A stretch of DNA of 64,000 nucleotides from Gemmatimonadota bacterium (lineage in GTDB: Bacteria; Gemmatimonadota; Gemmatimonadetes; Longimicrobiales; Gaopeijiaceae). The notes under the pieces were generated by a model. That model saw only the letters and a program-made list of their open reading frames with translations, was not told the DNA's origin and did no database searches. Below, one piece after another: positions 34,266-43,753 of this stretch. The DNA lies in assembly GCA_003248075.1 (NCBI GenBank), contig QJYK01000207.1, forward strand, positions 4,603-68,602, written 5' to 3'. The first letter of the stretch is position 1, and every line of letters begins with the position of its first letter. Made by a program: the position numbers and the translations under genes.

Positions 34266-35570
34266 TCACCGACAGGTGTCCACGTAGGGCTCGGCGCCCG
34301 GGTCGGTCGCGGTCGGATCTCCCACGATCCCCAGGAACAGCACCGTACCGGACAGACGCTCCCGTAGCGCGAAGGCGAACGGGCGATCCGCGATCACACC
34401 GAGGAAGGAGGTCGCGCCGACGCCCACGCCGGTGACCGCGGCCGCGCGCGTGCCCCGCTCGTCCACCTCGATGAACGTCTTCTGGCGGACGAAGTCGAGG
34501 CACATCTGGTCGCCGATGGGAGACAACCCGGTGAAGTCCGCGCCCGGCGCGAACGCGCCCTCCATGCCCATCGCCTTCAGCGCGTCGTTCAGGTATGCAT
34601 CGTACGACAGCGTGAGCCGGGGGATCGATACGAGATCCACCTCCACCGGGTTCAGCGCGGAGACGAGCTCGGCCCACGCGCCCGCGTCGAACCCGCTCAG
34701 GAGCGCACGCACGTCGGTGCCGGGGTGCGGGACGACGACGACCATGGAGAACGCGCCGCCCCCGTATGGCAGCTCGACCGCGGCGAATCCGGGTCCTCCG
34801 CCGAGGGGGAGCTCCACCCCGTCGAGGCTCATCATGTCGACGTCCACCGTCGTCCCGTCCGCACGGGTGAACGCCCGCACCCGGGTGTCCGAAGGGTCGA
34901 AGCGGGTGGACCACGCGCCGTCGAAATAGATGGCGTTGATGAGGAGCATCACCGCCGTCGGATCCAGGGAATCGATGATCCCGTCGATCAGCCCATCCGT
35001 GCTCTCCCGCACCCACCGGTTGATCTCGTCGACCGTCGACGGATCTGCGAAATCACGGGTTTCGGTCCGCGCGTCGAAGGCCGCGCGGGCGACGTCCAGG
35101 AACGCCGGCTCGACAGGCACCCCGATCCGGGCCCAGATCGAGCTCGCGATGTCGAAGTGCACGTCCGGGTCGAGCTCGGTCAGGAGATCGATCAGTCCGC
35201 GGTACGACTCGTTGATCTGGACCTGATCCAGCGCTCCGAAGCGCAGGGTCGAGCGCATCTCGTCGAATGTCTGGGACCTGGCTCCGTTCAGGGTCATGCC
35301 CAGGGCCATCGAGGCGCTCAACGGAGACAGCACGACGTTCGGACGCCGATCCTTCTCGAGGACCGCCCTCATCAGGTCGAAGCCGAATGCGTTCGCGCCC
35401 GTGATCACCTCGACTTCCGAGGTGGTCAGCTGCCTGGGTAGCTCGGTGATGGGTACGAAGCCGTCGCCGGGCCCGGACGGATCACCACACGCCGCCGCCA
35501 CCAGCGCAAGAGCCAACGTGAAGCGCCGTGCGCTGGACACCCCCGGGCGCAGCCGGTCGGTACCTTGCAT
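34266..35570 (-). CDS. serpin (serine protease inhibitor family), lipoprotein-type signal
   Basis: 434 aa. 'LALALVAAACGD' lipobox. Serpin core 'NVVLSPLSASMALGMTLNGA', 'LINAIYFDGAWSTRF', hinge/RCL 'EVDERGTRAAAVTGVGVGATS', 'ADRPFAFALRE'. Confidence 0.88.
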   Translation of the reverse strand: MQGTDRLRPGVSSARRFTLALALVAAACGDPSGPGDGFVPITELPRQLTTSEVEVITGANAFGFDLMRAVLEKDRRPNVVLSPLSASMALGMTLNGARSQTFDEMRSTLRFGALDQVQINESYRGLIDLLTELDPDVHFDIASSIWARIGVPVEPAFLDVARAAFDARTETRDFADPSTVDEINRWVRESTDGLIDGIIDSLDPTAVMLLINAIYFDGAWSTRFDPSDTRVRAFTRADGTTVDVDMMSLDGVELPLGGGPGFAAVELPYGGGAFSMVVVVPHPGTDVRALLSGFDAGAWAELVSALNPVEVDLVSIPRLTLSYDAYLNDALKAMGMEGAFAPGADFTGLSPIGDQMCLDFVRQKTFIEVDERGTRAAAVTGVGVGATSFLGVIADRPFAFALRERLSGTVLFLGIVGDPTATDPGAEPYVDTCR

Positions 35571-35684
35571 GGGACCGCTCGCTGGTGGAAGGTCGGGGGC
35601 TCCCCCCCGTTCTTCGGGGCGCCCCTGCAGCCGAGATACGAGTGGGACTCCGACGCTGTGACGGTGCGCGAGGGCGTCGCGACC

Positions 35685-37643
35685 TCAAGCGTCGACGTCG
35701 TCCTGGGTCAGCCCGCCCAAACCGACCGCCTCGAGGAGCTTCAGGGCGTTGCGCGTCGTCGCGATGCCCTCCCGCAGGAGGTGGTCGAAGGTCAGGAGCG
35801 TGCCGCCTCCTCCGTCCGCCTCCACGTTCTCCCGGAAGTGGACCTTCACAGCGGCCTGGGTCAGATCCGCCGTCTCGGCCAGGGTGAGGTCGTGGGTGCT
35901 CACGGCCCCGATCGCGTTCGCTTTCAGGAGGTGTCTCAAGACCCCCCGGGCCGCCACCCGACGCTCGGCGGTGTTGGTGCCATGCAGGATCTCGTCCAGG
36001 AGGTAGAGGACCGCCCGCCCGCACGAATCGGCCACCCCGGCCGCCTCGACGATCTGCCGTATGCGCAGGAGCTCCGCCATGAACAGCGAAACGCCCTCGG
36101 AGAGTGAATCCTCGACGCGGGCACTGGTGTGCACGCGCAAGGGCGGTAGCTGGAGGGACGCCGCGCAGACCGGCGCCCCCGCCGAGGCGAGCACGACGTT
36201 GGAACCCAAGGCGCGTAGGAGCGTGCTCTTGCCGGACATGTTGGAGCCCGTAACCAGCAGAAACGTGCCCGCCGGACCTACGGTCACGTCGTTGCAGACG
36301 CACCGTTCCGGTCGGAGCAGCGGATGACCGAGCGCGGTCGCCGAGAGCGTGGCGCCCTCACCCGACGAGAAGACCGGCTCGGCCCAGCCCGGATGGTCGT
36401 GGGCCAGCGTGGCCATCGCCGCGATGGCCTCCCACTCGCCGAGCGCCTCGAGCCAGTCACGGATCCGCTGTCCGTGCTCGGCTCGCCAGCGGTCGAGACG
36501 CACGGCAAGGTGCACGTCCAGGAGCAGGACGGGCGCCAGTGCCGCGTACACCATGTTCCGACGACTCTCGACCGTGTCCAGGAGGCTGGACAGGCGCTCG
36601 AGGTGGTAGTGCGCCGCGTCGTCCCCGTCCCCGAGGCGACGCCCGATGTCCACGAGGGGCGTAGCCGTCCAGCCGCGCCCCTCCAACAAGACCAGCTGCG
36701 CCACGATCGAGCGCAGGGGCGCGCCACCCGCCTCCGCAAGTCGGAAGCCGTCACGGGTCGATGCGCTCACGCGGCGGAACACGTCCAGCTGGACCAGTCC
36801 GGGGAGGATCCACAGCGGGGGCGAGCCGGCCAGGACGTCCGCGGCCACCCCCAGGAGGAGAAGCGAGGGAAGCACCCAGGACGCCATTCGGATCATGGGG
36901 CGCCCGAGGACCCACGGCTCCGACTCGGCCCAATCGAGGAACGCGTCGATTCCGTGGAGCGCCTCCGGGCCCTCCAGGCGCCCCCGGGCAGTGACGGCCG
37001 CCCTGAGCCCCAGGTCCGGCGCGAGCTCGCGCACTGCCCTGTGCCGGTCGGTCGCGTCCGAGGGACTGGACGGCTTGAGGAGCCAGCCCCGGAGGATCGA
37101 ACGGCCCCGCTCCGAGGTCACGGGTCCCAACAGCCGCACCAGCGAGGCCTGGCCCAAGACGTCCAGGTCCCGCGCGTAGGGATGATCGGGATCCACCCGG
37201 GCCTCTCCGCGCTCCGCCGGTGGTAACGAGGCCTCGAGTGCCTCCCAGTCGCGGTCAAGCCGCAGCAGCCCCTCTTCGAAGACGGCAGCGAGCGCGGCCT
37301 CCCAGCGCTGGGCGGTGCGGACGCGTCGGTGAACGACGATCTGGACGAGGAAGACGGCGACGGCGACCCCGAGTACGACGAGCGCGAGCCTCTCAGGCGT
37401 TCCGGAGAAGAAGTCCCACGCGATCAGCGCCACCAGGCCGACCACGAACGAAACGGCCCTCTGGTTCGACAGTCGGAGCGAGCGGTGCGCGGCTTCGTCC
37501 CGCGCCCTTCCGTGCCGGGTCGCAAGGTCGACGTAGCGTTGCCGGGGCGAGTTGGGTTCGACGGTCACGAGGCGGTCGGCCGCGGGGAACGGAGGCACCT
37601 TCCGGAGTCTACCCGGGGAGGACCCCCGGGGGAACTTCGCCAC
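35685..37643 (-). CDS. MutS-related ATPase (domain V only) with N-terminal transmembrane region
   Basis: 652 aa. TM helices (VSFVVGLVALIAWDFF; LALVVLGVAVAVFLVQIVV; VLPSLLLLGVAADVL). MutS domain V 'LLVTGSNMSGKSTLLRALG', 'SLFMAELLRIRQI', 'LYLLDEILHGTNTAER', 'STHDL'. No mismatch-binding or Smr domain seen. Confidence 0.85.
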   Translation of the reverse strand: MAKFPRGSSPGRLRKVPPFPAADRLVTVEPNSPRQRYVDLATRHGRARDEAAHRSLRLSNQRAVSFVVGLVALIAWDFFSGTPERLALVVLGVAVAVFLVQIVVHRRVRTAQRWEAALAAVFEEGLLRLDRDWEALEASLPPAERGEARVDPDHPYARDLDVLGQASLVRLLGPVTSERGRSILRGWLLKPSSPSDATDRHRAVRELAPDLGLRAAVTARGRLEGPEALHGIDAFLDWAESEPWVLGRPMIRMASWVLPSLLLLGVAADVLAGSPPLWILPGLVQLDVFRRVSASTRDGFRLAEAGGAPLRSIVAQLVLLEGRGWTATPLVDIGRRLGDGDDAAHYHLERLSSLLDTVESRRNMVYAALAPVLLLDVHLAVRLDRWRAEHGQRIRDWLEALGEWEAIAAMATLAHDHPGWAEPVFSSGEGATLSATALGHPLLRPERCVCNDVTVGPAGTFLLVTGSNMSGKSTLLRALGSNVVLASAGAPVCAASLQLPPLRVHTSARVEDSLSEGVSLFMAELLRIRQIVEAAGVADSCGRAVLYLLDEILHGTNTAERRVAARGVLRHLLKANAIGAVSTHDLTLAETADLTQAAVKVHFRENVEADGGGGTLLTFDHLLREGIATTRNALKLLEAVGLGGLTQDDVDA

Positions 37644-37723
37644 CAGCGGATGAAAGGGGGTGTGGGACCCCTCGGGGATCGCGCCGGGTAGTGGATCCCG
37701 ACGTCCCTCGAACCCGAAAGGCC

Positions 37724-38233
37724 ATGACGAAGCACAGCCTCTGGATCGCTGCCCTTCTCTGCCCGCTCCTCGCCGCGTGTGGCAGCGCCGACGCCTCCCA
37801 GGGAGCAGGCTCGGGAAGCGCGCCCCTCGCCGACGTCGCGGCCGCGCCCCAAGGGCTCCCCCCGGTGCTCGTCTACAAGACGCAGGGATGTGGATGCTGC
37901 AACGGGTGGGTCGAGCACCTGCGCGCCGCGGGCTACGAGGTCGACGCGCGCAACGTCACGGACCTCATGGCCGTCAAGCTGGATGCGGGCGTGCCAGCCG
38001 ACCTGTCTTCCTGCCACACCGCGCTCATCGACGGCTACGTGGTCGAGGGACACGTCCCCGCCGACATCATCGAACGGCTCCTGGCCGAACGGCCGGAGAT
38101 CGCGGGGATCTCGGCGCCGGGCATGCCCGTCGGCTCGCCCGGCATGGAGGGGCCCGGAGCCAAGCCGTACCAGGTGTACGCCTTCGACCGGCAGGGTGGG
38201 CGCCGCGTCTTCGCCGAAGTCGACCCGCGCTGA
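37724..38233 (+). CDS. DUF411 / CopG-like periplasmic metal (copper)-binding protein
   Basis: ATG 37724. Lipoprotein signal 'LLCPLLAACGS', 'VYKTQGCGCCNGWVEHLRAAGYEV', 'SCHTALIDGYVVEGHVPADII', 'GMPVGSPGME'. Listed ORF 37220..38233 is over-extended. Confidence 0.85.
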   Translation: MTKHSLWIAALLCPLLAACGSADASQGAGSGSAPLADVAAAPQGLPPVLVYKTQGCGCCNGWVEHLRAAGYEVDARNVTDLMAVKLDAGVPADLSSCHTALIDGYVVEGHVPADIIERLLAERPEIAGISAPGMPVGSPGMEGPGAKPYQVYAFDRQGGRRVFAEVDPR

Positions 38234-38250
38234 ACGATCGACCGGGCCCC

Positions 38251-38907
38251 TCACATCTCCTTGAGGAGCCCGACCCGCAGAGCGAAGCGGACCAGCTCGG
38301 AGCGGTGGTTCAGCCCGAGCTTGTCCATGATCCGTGAGCGGTAGGTGTCGACCGTCTTCGGGGAGATGAAAAGCTTCTTGCCGATCTCCCGCGACGAGTA
38401 GCCCTCGGCGGTGAGCGCAAGGACTTCCTGCTCGCGGGTGCTCAGGTCGTGCAGCCCTGCCTGGTCCTCATTCTCGGCCGACTTGTACCGTTGGAGCAGC
38501 AGGGTCGTCGCCTTCGGTGGCAGGAACACTTCCCCCCGTGCCACGACCTTCAGCGCCTCGATGAGGTCGGTGTCCGCGCTGGTCTTGGTCAGGTAGCCAC
38601 TGGCGCCGGCCTCCACGACCGGCACCAGATACTCCTCCTCGGCGTGCACGGTCAGGACCAGGACCTTCGTGTCGAACCCGAGTGCCGCGATGCGCCGGGT
38701 CGCCTCCAGCCCGTTGGACCCGGGCATGGACAGGTCCATGACCACGACGTCCGGCTTGAGCTCGCGGACGCGGTCCACCGCTTCGTCCCCCGACGAGGCC
38801 TCCCCCACCACCTCGAGCCGACTCTCGGCCTCCAAGAGGGCCTTGATCCCCGCCCGGAACATGGCGTGATCGTCGACCAGGAGGATCTTGGTGCCCCCCT
38901 CAGACAT
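38251..38907 (-). CDS. NarL/LuxR-family response regulator
   Basis: ATG 38907. 'KILLVDDHAMFRAGIKALL...DVVVMDLSMPG' receiver and 'LSTREQEVLALTAEGYSSREIGKKLFISPKTVDTYRSRIMDKLG' HTH. The start overlaps the kinase stop by 8 nt. Confidence 0.9.
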   Translation of the reverse strand: MSEGGTKILLVDDHAMFRAGIKALLEAESRLEVVGEASSGDEAVDRVRELKPDVVVMDLSMPGSNGLEATRRIAALGFDTKVLVLTVHAEEEYLVPVVEAGASGYLTKTSADTDLIEALKVVARGEVFLPPKATTLLLQRYKSAENEDQAGLHDLSTREQEVLALTAEGYSSREIGKKLFISPKTVDTYRSRIMDKLGLNHRSELVRFALRVGLLKEM

Positions 38908-39976
38908 GTCCCTGCTCCTTGATAGATCCGGGTAGCTCGACCCGGACGCGGGTTCCCTGGCCCGGCACGCTCTCGATCGCGACGCGACCACCGAACATCA
39001 CGGCACGCTCCTGCATTCCCAATAGTCCCAGCCCCCCGCCTCGCTCGGTGGCATCTCGCACCAGGAAGCCACGCCCCCGGTCCTCCACGACCGCGACCAC
39101 CGCCTCGTCCTCGACGCCGAGGCGAAGACGAGCCCGCCGGACGCCCGCGTGCCGGAGGACGTTGCTGAGAGATTCCTGGACGATCCGATAGAGGGCGAGC
39201 CGCCCCTCGGCGTCCAACATGTGATCGACCCCCTCGATCTCCGCGTCCACCTCCAAGTTCGCGCCAACACGCAGATCGCGCAGGTGCGCCTGCAGCGCCG
39301 TGGCCAGCCCCACCTCGTCCAGAGCAGGGGGTCGCAGGCCCCGCGCGATGCGCCGGACGCCCTCCGCGGCCTCCTTGAGCTGCTCACGGATCGCGTCCAC
39401 CTCCACCCGCTGATCCGCGTCGTCTTCGACGCGCGCCAGGAGCCGGAGCCGCAGGATGAGCGTCGCCAGGCGCTGCGCCGTGTCGTCGTGCAACTCCCGG
39501 GCGATACGTCGGCGCTCCTCCTCGGCGGACCGGAGTGCCGCCTCCGAGAAGTCGCGCAGGCGGATCCGTTCGCCGACGTCCCGGACCGTGCAGATCACGT
39601 AACCGCGGTCGTCGCCGGGGACCGGCGCGAGGCTGATCTCGGCGATCAGCTCGGTCCCGTCCTTGCGCCGTCCCCGGAGCCGAAGGTCGACCCCCATCGG
39701 GCGGGGCCTGGGGTCATGCCCGAACGACTCCCGCAAGGCCCCGTGCCGCCCTCGCACCGACTCCGGGACCAGGATCTCGACGGGCTGGCCGAGCAGTTCC
39801 TCACGCACATATCCGAACAACGCCTCCGCCTGCGGGTTGAGCTCGGTGATGGTACCGTCGCCGGCCACCACGAGAATCCCGTCCGGAGAGGCTTCGAAGA
39901 CCGTCCTGTATTCCTCCGCGCTGAGCACCTCGAACGCTGCTCCTCTCTTGTCGCGAGGTGTGGAGAAAAACCCCAC
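38900..39976 (-). CDS. PAS-domain sensor histidine kinase (HisKA_3 / HATPase_c)
   Basis: 'YRTVFEASPDGILVVAGDGTITELNPQAEALFGYVREELLGQPV' PAS, 'ARELHDDTAQRLA' H-box, 'VEDRGRGF...GGLGLLGMQERA'. The start is uncertain: I chose GTG 39976, whereas the longest ORF reaches 40186 through low-GC, non-protein-like sequence. Confidence 0.8.
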   Translation of the reverse strand: MGFFSTPRDKRGAAFEVLSAEEYRTVFEASPDGILVVAGDGTITELNPQAEALFGYVREELLGQPVEILVPESVRGRHGALRESFGHDPRPRPMGVDLRLRGRRKDGTELIAEISLAPVPGDDRGYVICTVRDVGERIRLRDFSEAALRSAEEERRRIARELHDDTAQRLATLILRLRLLARVEDDADQRVEVDAIREQLKEAAEGVRRIARGLRPPALDEVGLATALQAHLRDLRVGANLEVDAEIEGVDHMLDAEGRLALYRIVQESLSNVLRHAGVRRARLRLGVEDEAVVAVVEDRGRGFLVRDATERGGGLGLLGMQERAVMFGGRVAIESVPGQGTRVRVELPGSIKEQGHV

Positions 39977-40179
39977 ATCGGGGTCGGCGCATTTCCCACC
40001 GGGCCAGGGGCGTTGTACCCGACAGCCTACCGAAGGGGGCCGCGCAAGAATGTATTCGCGTACCGGCTCAAGGCGAGCCCCCACGGTCGCATCCCCGGTT
40101 TTCCGGCCGCCAGCGGCCGAGTTCATAGATGCCGTATACCCGAGATCCGGACGTCGCTCGGTAGGAGGGACCTCCAGCC

Positions 40180-41304
40180 ATGCCACGCCAGCCCGCGGCT
40201 CCAGCGCCTCCCGGCGGGTCCGCCGGTTGGATGGACAGGCTCGCGCGGTATTCCCTGGTCCAGCGCTTCCTGGGCCTGACGCTGTTCTGGAAGATCGTCA
40301 CCGCCAACACGGCCCTCATCGCGGGAACCGCAGCCGTCGTACGGGCCTCGACGTCGCCGATCGGCATGGAGGGCCTCACCCTGTTCGGAATCCTGGCCCT
40401 CGCGATCGCCGTCGCCGCCAACGCCCTCCTCGTCCGGGCCGCGTTATCCCCCCTCGGAGCGTTGGAGCGCGCGGCCCGCCGGGTGTCGAGCGGCTCCACG
40501 ACCGTGCGCGCCGAGCTCTCGCCGCTCGCCGATCGTGAGCTGAGTCGGATGACGGAGGTCTTCAACGGCATGCTCGATGCCCTCGAGGAGAACCGCGTGC
40601 GGCAGAGGGAGCTGGCGCGGCGCGTGCTCGAGTCAGAGGAGCGGGAGCGCGAGCGGATCGCGCACGAGCTCTTCTCGGGGACGGCGCAGACGCTTGCGGC
40701 AGTCCTGCTGCGCCTTCGCATCGCTGAGCGCTCGCTCTCGAACGGCCACTCCGAGGCGCTCTCGGAGATCCGGGACGGGATCGTGGATGCCCTCGAGGAG
40801 GTGCGCGGCGTGGCGCGCCGCCTGCGCCCGCCGGAGCTCGACGAGCTCGGGGTCAGGGTGGCTCTGGAGGCCCACGCCCGCGCCATGTCGGAGGGCCGCG
40901 CGGTCGAGCTGCGCATCACGGGGGACATCCCCGAGCTGTCCCGCGAGTCGGCGCTCGCCCTTTTTCGCATCGTGCAGGAAGCCATCAACAACGCGGTCCT
41001 CCATGCCGAAGCCGACCTGGTCAGGGTGTCGTTCGTCCGGGAGGGCGACAGCGTCGTGGCCGAAGTGGTCGACGACGGCCGCGGCTTCGAGCCGGATCTG
41101 GCTCTGGAGCACGCAGGGGAGAGCCTGGGACTCTTCGGAATGCACGAGCGAGCCGGTTACGTGCGCGGTGAGCTCTCCCTCGAGTCCGGGCCGGGGCGCG
41201 GCACACGCGTTCGGGCGCGTATCCCGCTCGACGGTCCGACCGGCGTCCCGCACTACGACGAGATCGCGGATCGGCTCGTCCACGGGTTGATGGACGCGGG
41301 CTAG
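40180..41304 (+). CDS. membrane sensor histidine kinase (HAMP, HisKA_3, HATPase_c)
   Basis: GGAGGG SD. Two TM segments, HAMP-like 'ELSRMTEVFNGMLDAL', 'AHELFSGTAQTLAA' H-box, 'VDDGRGFE...LGLFGMHERA'. Confidence 0.85.
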   Translation: MPRQPAAPAPPGGSAGWMDRLARYSLVQRFLGLTLFWKIVTANTALIAGTAAVVRASTSPIGMEGLTLFGILALAIAVAANALLVRAALSPLGALERAARRVSSGSTTVRAELSPLADRELSRMTEVFNGMLDALEENRVRQRELARRVLESEERERERIAHELFSGTAQTLAAVLLRLRIAERSLSNGHSEALSEIRDGIVDALEEVRGVARRLRPPELDELGVRVALEAHARAMSEGRAVELRITGDIPELSRESALALFRIVQEAINNAVLHAEADLVRVSFVREGDSVVAEVVDDGRGFEPDLALEHAGESLGLFGMHERAGYVRGELSLESGPGRGTRVRARIPLDGPTGVPHYDEIADRLVHGLMDAG

Positions 41305-41400
41305 AAGCGTGCGCGCCTTCCCGATCACCCTTCTTGCCCAAATGCTGCATCCGTCATCGTTCGCGCGGCGCTGAGCCCGAGGCGCCGAGGAGGCACTGGC

Positions 41401-42294
41401 GTGTACCGAACCATCATGGTCCCGCTCGACGGCTCGACCTTCGCCGAGTCGGCCTTGCCGCTGGCGATCTCCGTAGCGCGCCGAACCGGGGCGGGCCTTC
41501 AACTCGTGGCCGTGCATGAGCCGATCCCGTCGTTCGCCTACGACGAATGGGAGAGCGCATCCCGGGAATGGACGACCGATTATCTACGCCGCACGACGGA
41601 GCGCATCGGGGAAGCCGGTCCGGTCGCCGGCTCGGAGCTCCGCACGGGTCCCGTGGTGGAAGCACTCGAGGCGCAGGCCGACGCCTGCGACGCGAGTCTC
41701 GTCGTGATGGCGACGCACGGAAGGGGCCTCCTGTCCCGTGCGTGGCTCGGAAGCGTCGCCGACGCATTCGTGCGGCACACCGATCGACCGGTCCTGCTGG
41801 TTCGTCCCGAGGACGATGCACGGGCGGACATCTCCGAGGACCGGACGTTCCGGAACATCCTGATCCCGCTGGACGGCTCCGCGCTCTCCGAGGATGCCAA
41901 GGACCACGCGGTGGAGCTGGGGTCCCGCTTCGACGCCGGTTATCACCTGGTTCGCGTGGTCCCCTTCCCGGCCGATGTGGCCTCCTCGTACCTCCCCTAC
42001 ACCGTCCAGGTCAACCAGGGAATCGTGGAAGAGGCCAAGCTCGCCGCGGCCGACTACCTGGAGGATCAGGCCGAGTCGTTGCGAACCGCAGGACACCGCG
42101 TCACCACGAGCATCCAGGTAGACGCCCAGCCCGGCCACGGGATTCTCCGTGCCGCGGAGGCCGAAGCCTGCGACCTCATCGCCATGGCGACGCACGGTCG
42201 CTCGGGGTTGACCCGTGCCCTCCTCGGAAGCGCCTCCGACAAGGTCCTTCGTGGCACGCACCTCCCACTCCTCCTGCATCGACCCTCGAACTGA
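41401..42294 (+). CDS. tandem universal stress protein (two Usp domains)
   Basis: 297 aa with GTG start after GAGGAGG. 'IMVPLDGSTFAESAL...LVVMATHGRGLLSRAWLGSVA' and 'ILIPLDGSALSEDA...LIAMATHGRSGLTRALLGSASDKVLR'. Confidence 0.88.
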   Translation: MYRTIMVPLDGSTFAESALPLAISVARRTGAGLQLVAVHEPIPSFAYDEWESASREWTTDYLRRTTERIGEAGPVAGSELRTGPVVEALEAQADACDASLVVMATHGRGLLSRAWLGSVADAFVRHTDRPVLLVRPEDDARADISEDRTFRNILIPLDGSALSEDAKDHAVELGSRFDAGYHLVRVVPFPADVASSYLPYTVQVNQGIVEEAKLAAADYLEDQAESLRTAGHRVTTSIQVDAQPGHGILRAAEAEACDLIAMATHGRSGLTRALLGSASDKVLRGTHLPLLLHRPSN

Positions 42295-42370
42295 GACGGA
42301 GCGGTAGGCCAGGTTTGTCCCGGACCCCCCGGGCGGCTATTCATCCGGTCGCCCGAGGTCACGCCCGCTC

Positions 42371-43690
42371 GTGACCGGCCATCCCACAGCCTTCCGGAGC
42401 ACCGACGTGCGCGCTCACGAACCTGCCAGGCCTGCCGCTCGGACCGTCCCCTGGCTGGCCCTCGCCTTCCTGGCCGCGCCGCTGTCCGGTCAGGACCGAC
42501 CCCAGACGCAGTCCGACGACTACACGCTTTACGAGCTCCAGGCGCCGGGGAGCAGCGCTTTCCGGATCTTCTACGACGTGTCCGCAACCACCGCCGGAGC
42601 CCTCTTCTACTACAACACCATCCGGGCGGGCGCCGAGGAGGAGGTCCACGGGGTCACGGACCTGCACACGGGCGACGCACTGGCATGGGAGATCGTCGAT
42701 GGCGCCCACGCACGCGCTCACGGGCACCCGCGGGCGAGCCTGGAAAGTCGCTACATCAAGGTCACGCTCGCCCGCCCCGTGCCGGAAGGCGGCCAGGCCC
42801 GGGTCCGCATCGACAAGACGTACATCGACGGGAACAGCTATCACGTGGACGGCCGCGACCTGGTGTTCGAGCGATCCCTCGGAATCCGGCGCAACGCCGT
42901 CGTCCTACCGCCTGGCTACGAGCTGGTGGAGGCGAACTACCCCGTGCAGGTCGACACCGAGACGGACGGACGCGTGCGTCTGAGCTTCATGAGCCCGGGC
43001 CCCGGGGCGATCGACTTGCGCGTGCGCGGTCGATCTCTGCCCGCCGGACGTCGTCCCCGAGCACGACCCGAGGAAGCGTCCGAGGTTCCCACCGGTGGTG
43101 GGGGATCGCCGCAGCGGGCCCGCGTGGGCTGGACGTTCCCGGAGCGCGCCTACCAGGACCGGGACATCACCTACTTCCTCGCGCAGCCCGAGACGCATGC
43201 GTTCCGCCTCTTCCACGACTACACCGAATCCCGTCCGGGAGTGGACCGCTACGTCAACGTCGTGCGGGCCGGAAGCTCGGCGTCCGATCCGGAGGCCTGG
43301 AACCTGGACACGGGGGCGCGGCTCGAGGTGGAGCAGCTGAGGGGCGAAGAAATCGCGAGACGTGGTATCGACATCGGGGGCACGCCCACCGCGGAATCGG
43401 AGGTGGTGGTGATCTGGTTCGACCCGGTCCCCGCGGGCGCATCGACGCGGCTCCGGATCTGGGAGACGTACACCGACCCCGGCCGCTACGTGCTCGCGGG
43501 AGACGAGCTGGTCTGGGACCGGGGGTTCGGCAGAGCCCGGAACACGGTCGTGCTCCCGGAGGGCTGGTTCCTGGTGGCGAACGCCATCCCGGGTGTGGTG
43601 GACACGACCGAGGACGGTCGCATCCGGATTCGCTACGTGAACCCCCGCCCCGACGAAATCCAGGTGTTCATCCGGGCACAGCGGCGCTAG
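42371..43690 (+). CDS. secreted protein with internal tandem duplication of a roughly 175-aa domain, unknown function
   Basis: Signal 'VPWLALAFLAAPLSGQD'. The halves align: 'YTLYELQAPGSSAFRIFYDVS' / 'ITYFLAQPETHAFRLFHDYT' and 'LVFERSLGIRRNAVVLPPGYELVEAN.PVQVDTETDGRVRLSF' / 'LVWDRGFGRARNTVVLPEGWFLVANAIPGVVDTTEDGRIRIRY'. Confidence 0.7.
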   Translation: MTGHPTAFRSTDVRAHEPARPAARTVPWLALAFLAAPLSGQDRPQTQSDDYTLYELQAPGSSAFRIFYDVSATTAGALFYYNTIRAGAEEEVHGVTDLHTGDALAWEIVDGAHARAHGHPRASLESRYIKVTLARPVPEGGQARVRIDKTYIDGNSYHVDGRDLVFERSLGIRRNAVVLPPGYELVEANYPVQVDTETDGRVRLSFMSPGPGAIDLRVRGRSLPAGRRPRARPEEASEVPTGGGGSPQRARVGWTFPERAYQDRDITYFLAQPETHAFRLFHDYTESRPGVDRYVNVVRAGSSASDPEAWNLDTGARLEVEQLRGEEIARRGIDIGGTPTAESEVVVIWFDPVPAGASTRLRIWETYTDPGRYVLAGDELVWDRGFGRARNTVVLPEGWFLVANAIPGVVDTTEDGRIRIRYVNPRPDEIQVFIRAQRR

Positions 43691-43753
43691 GATCCTGTCC
43701 GAGTATGGGGTGGCACGGCCCCTCCTCCGGCGTTGGCGCTCCTCCGAGCCGCC

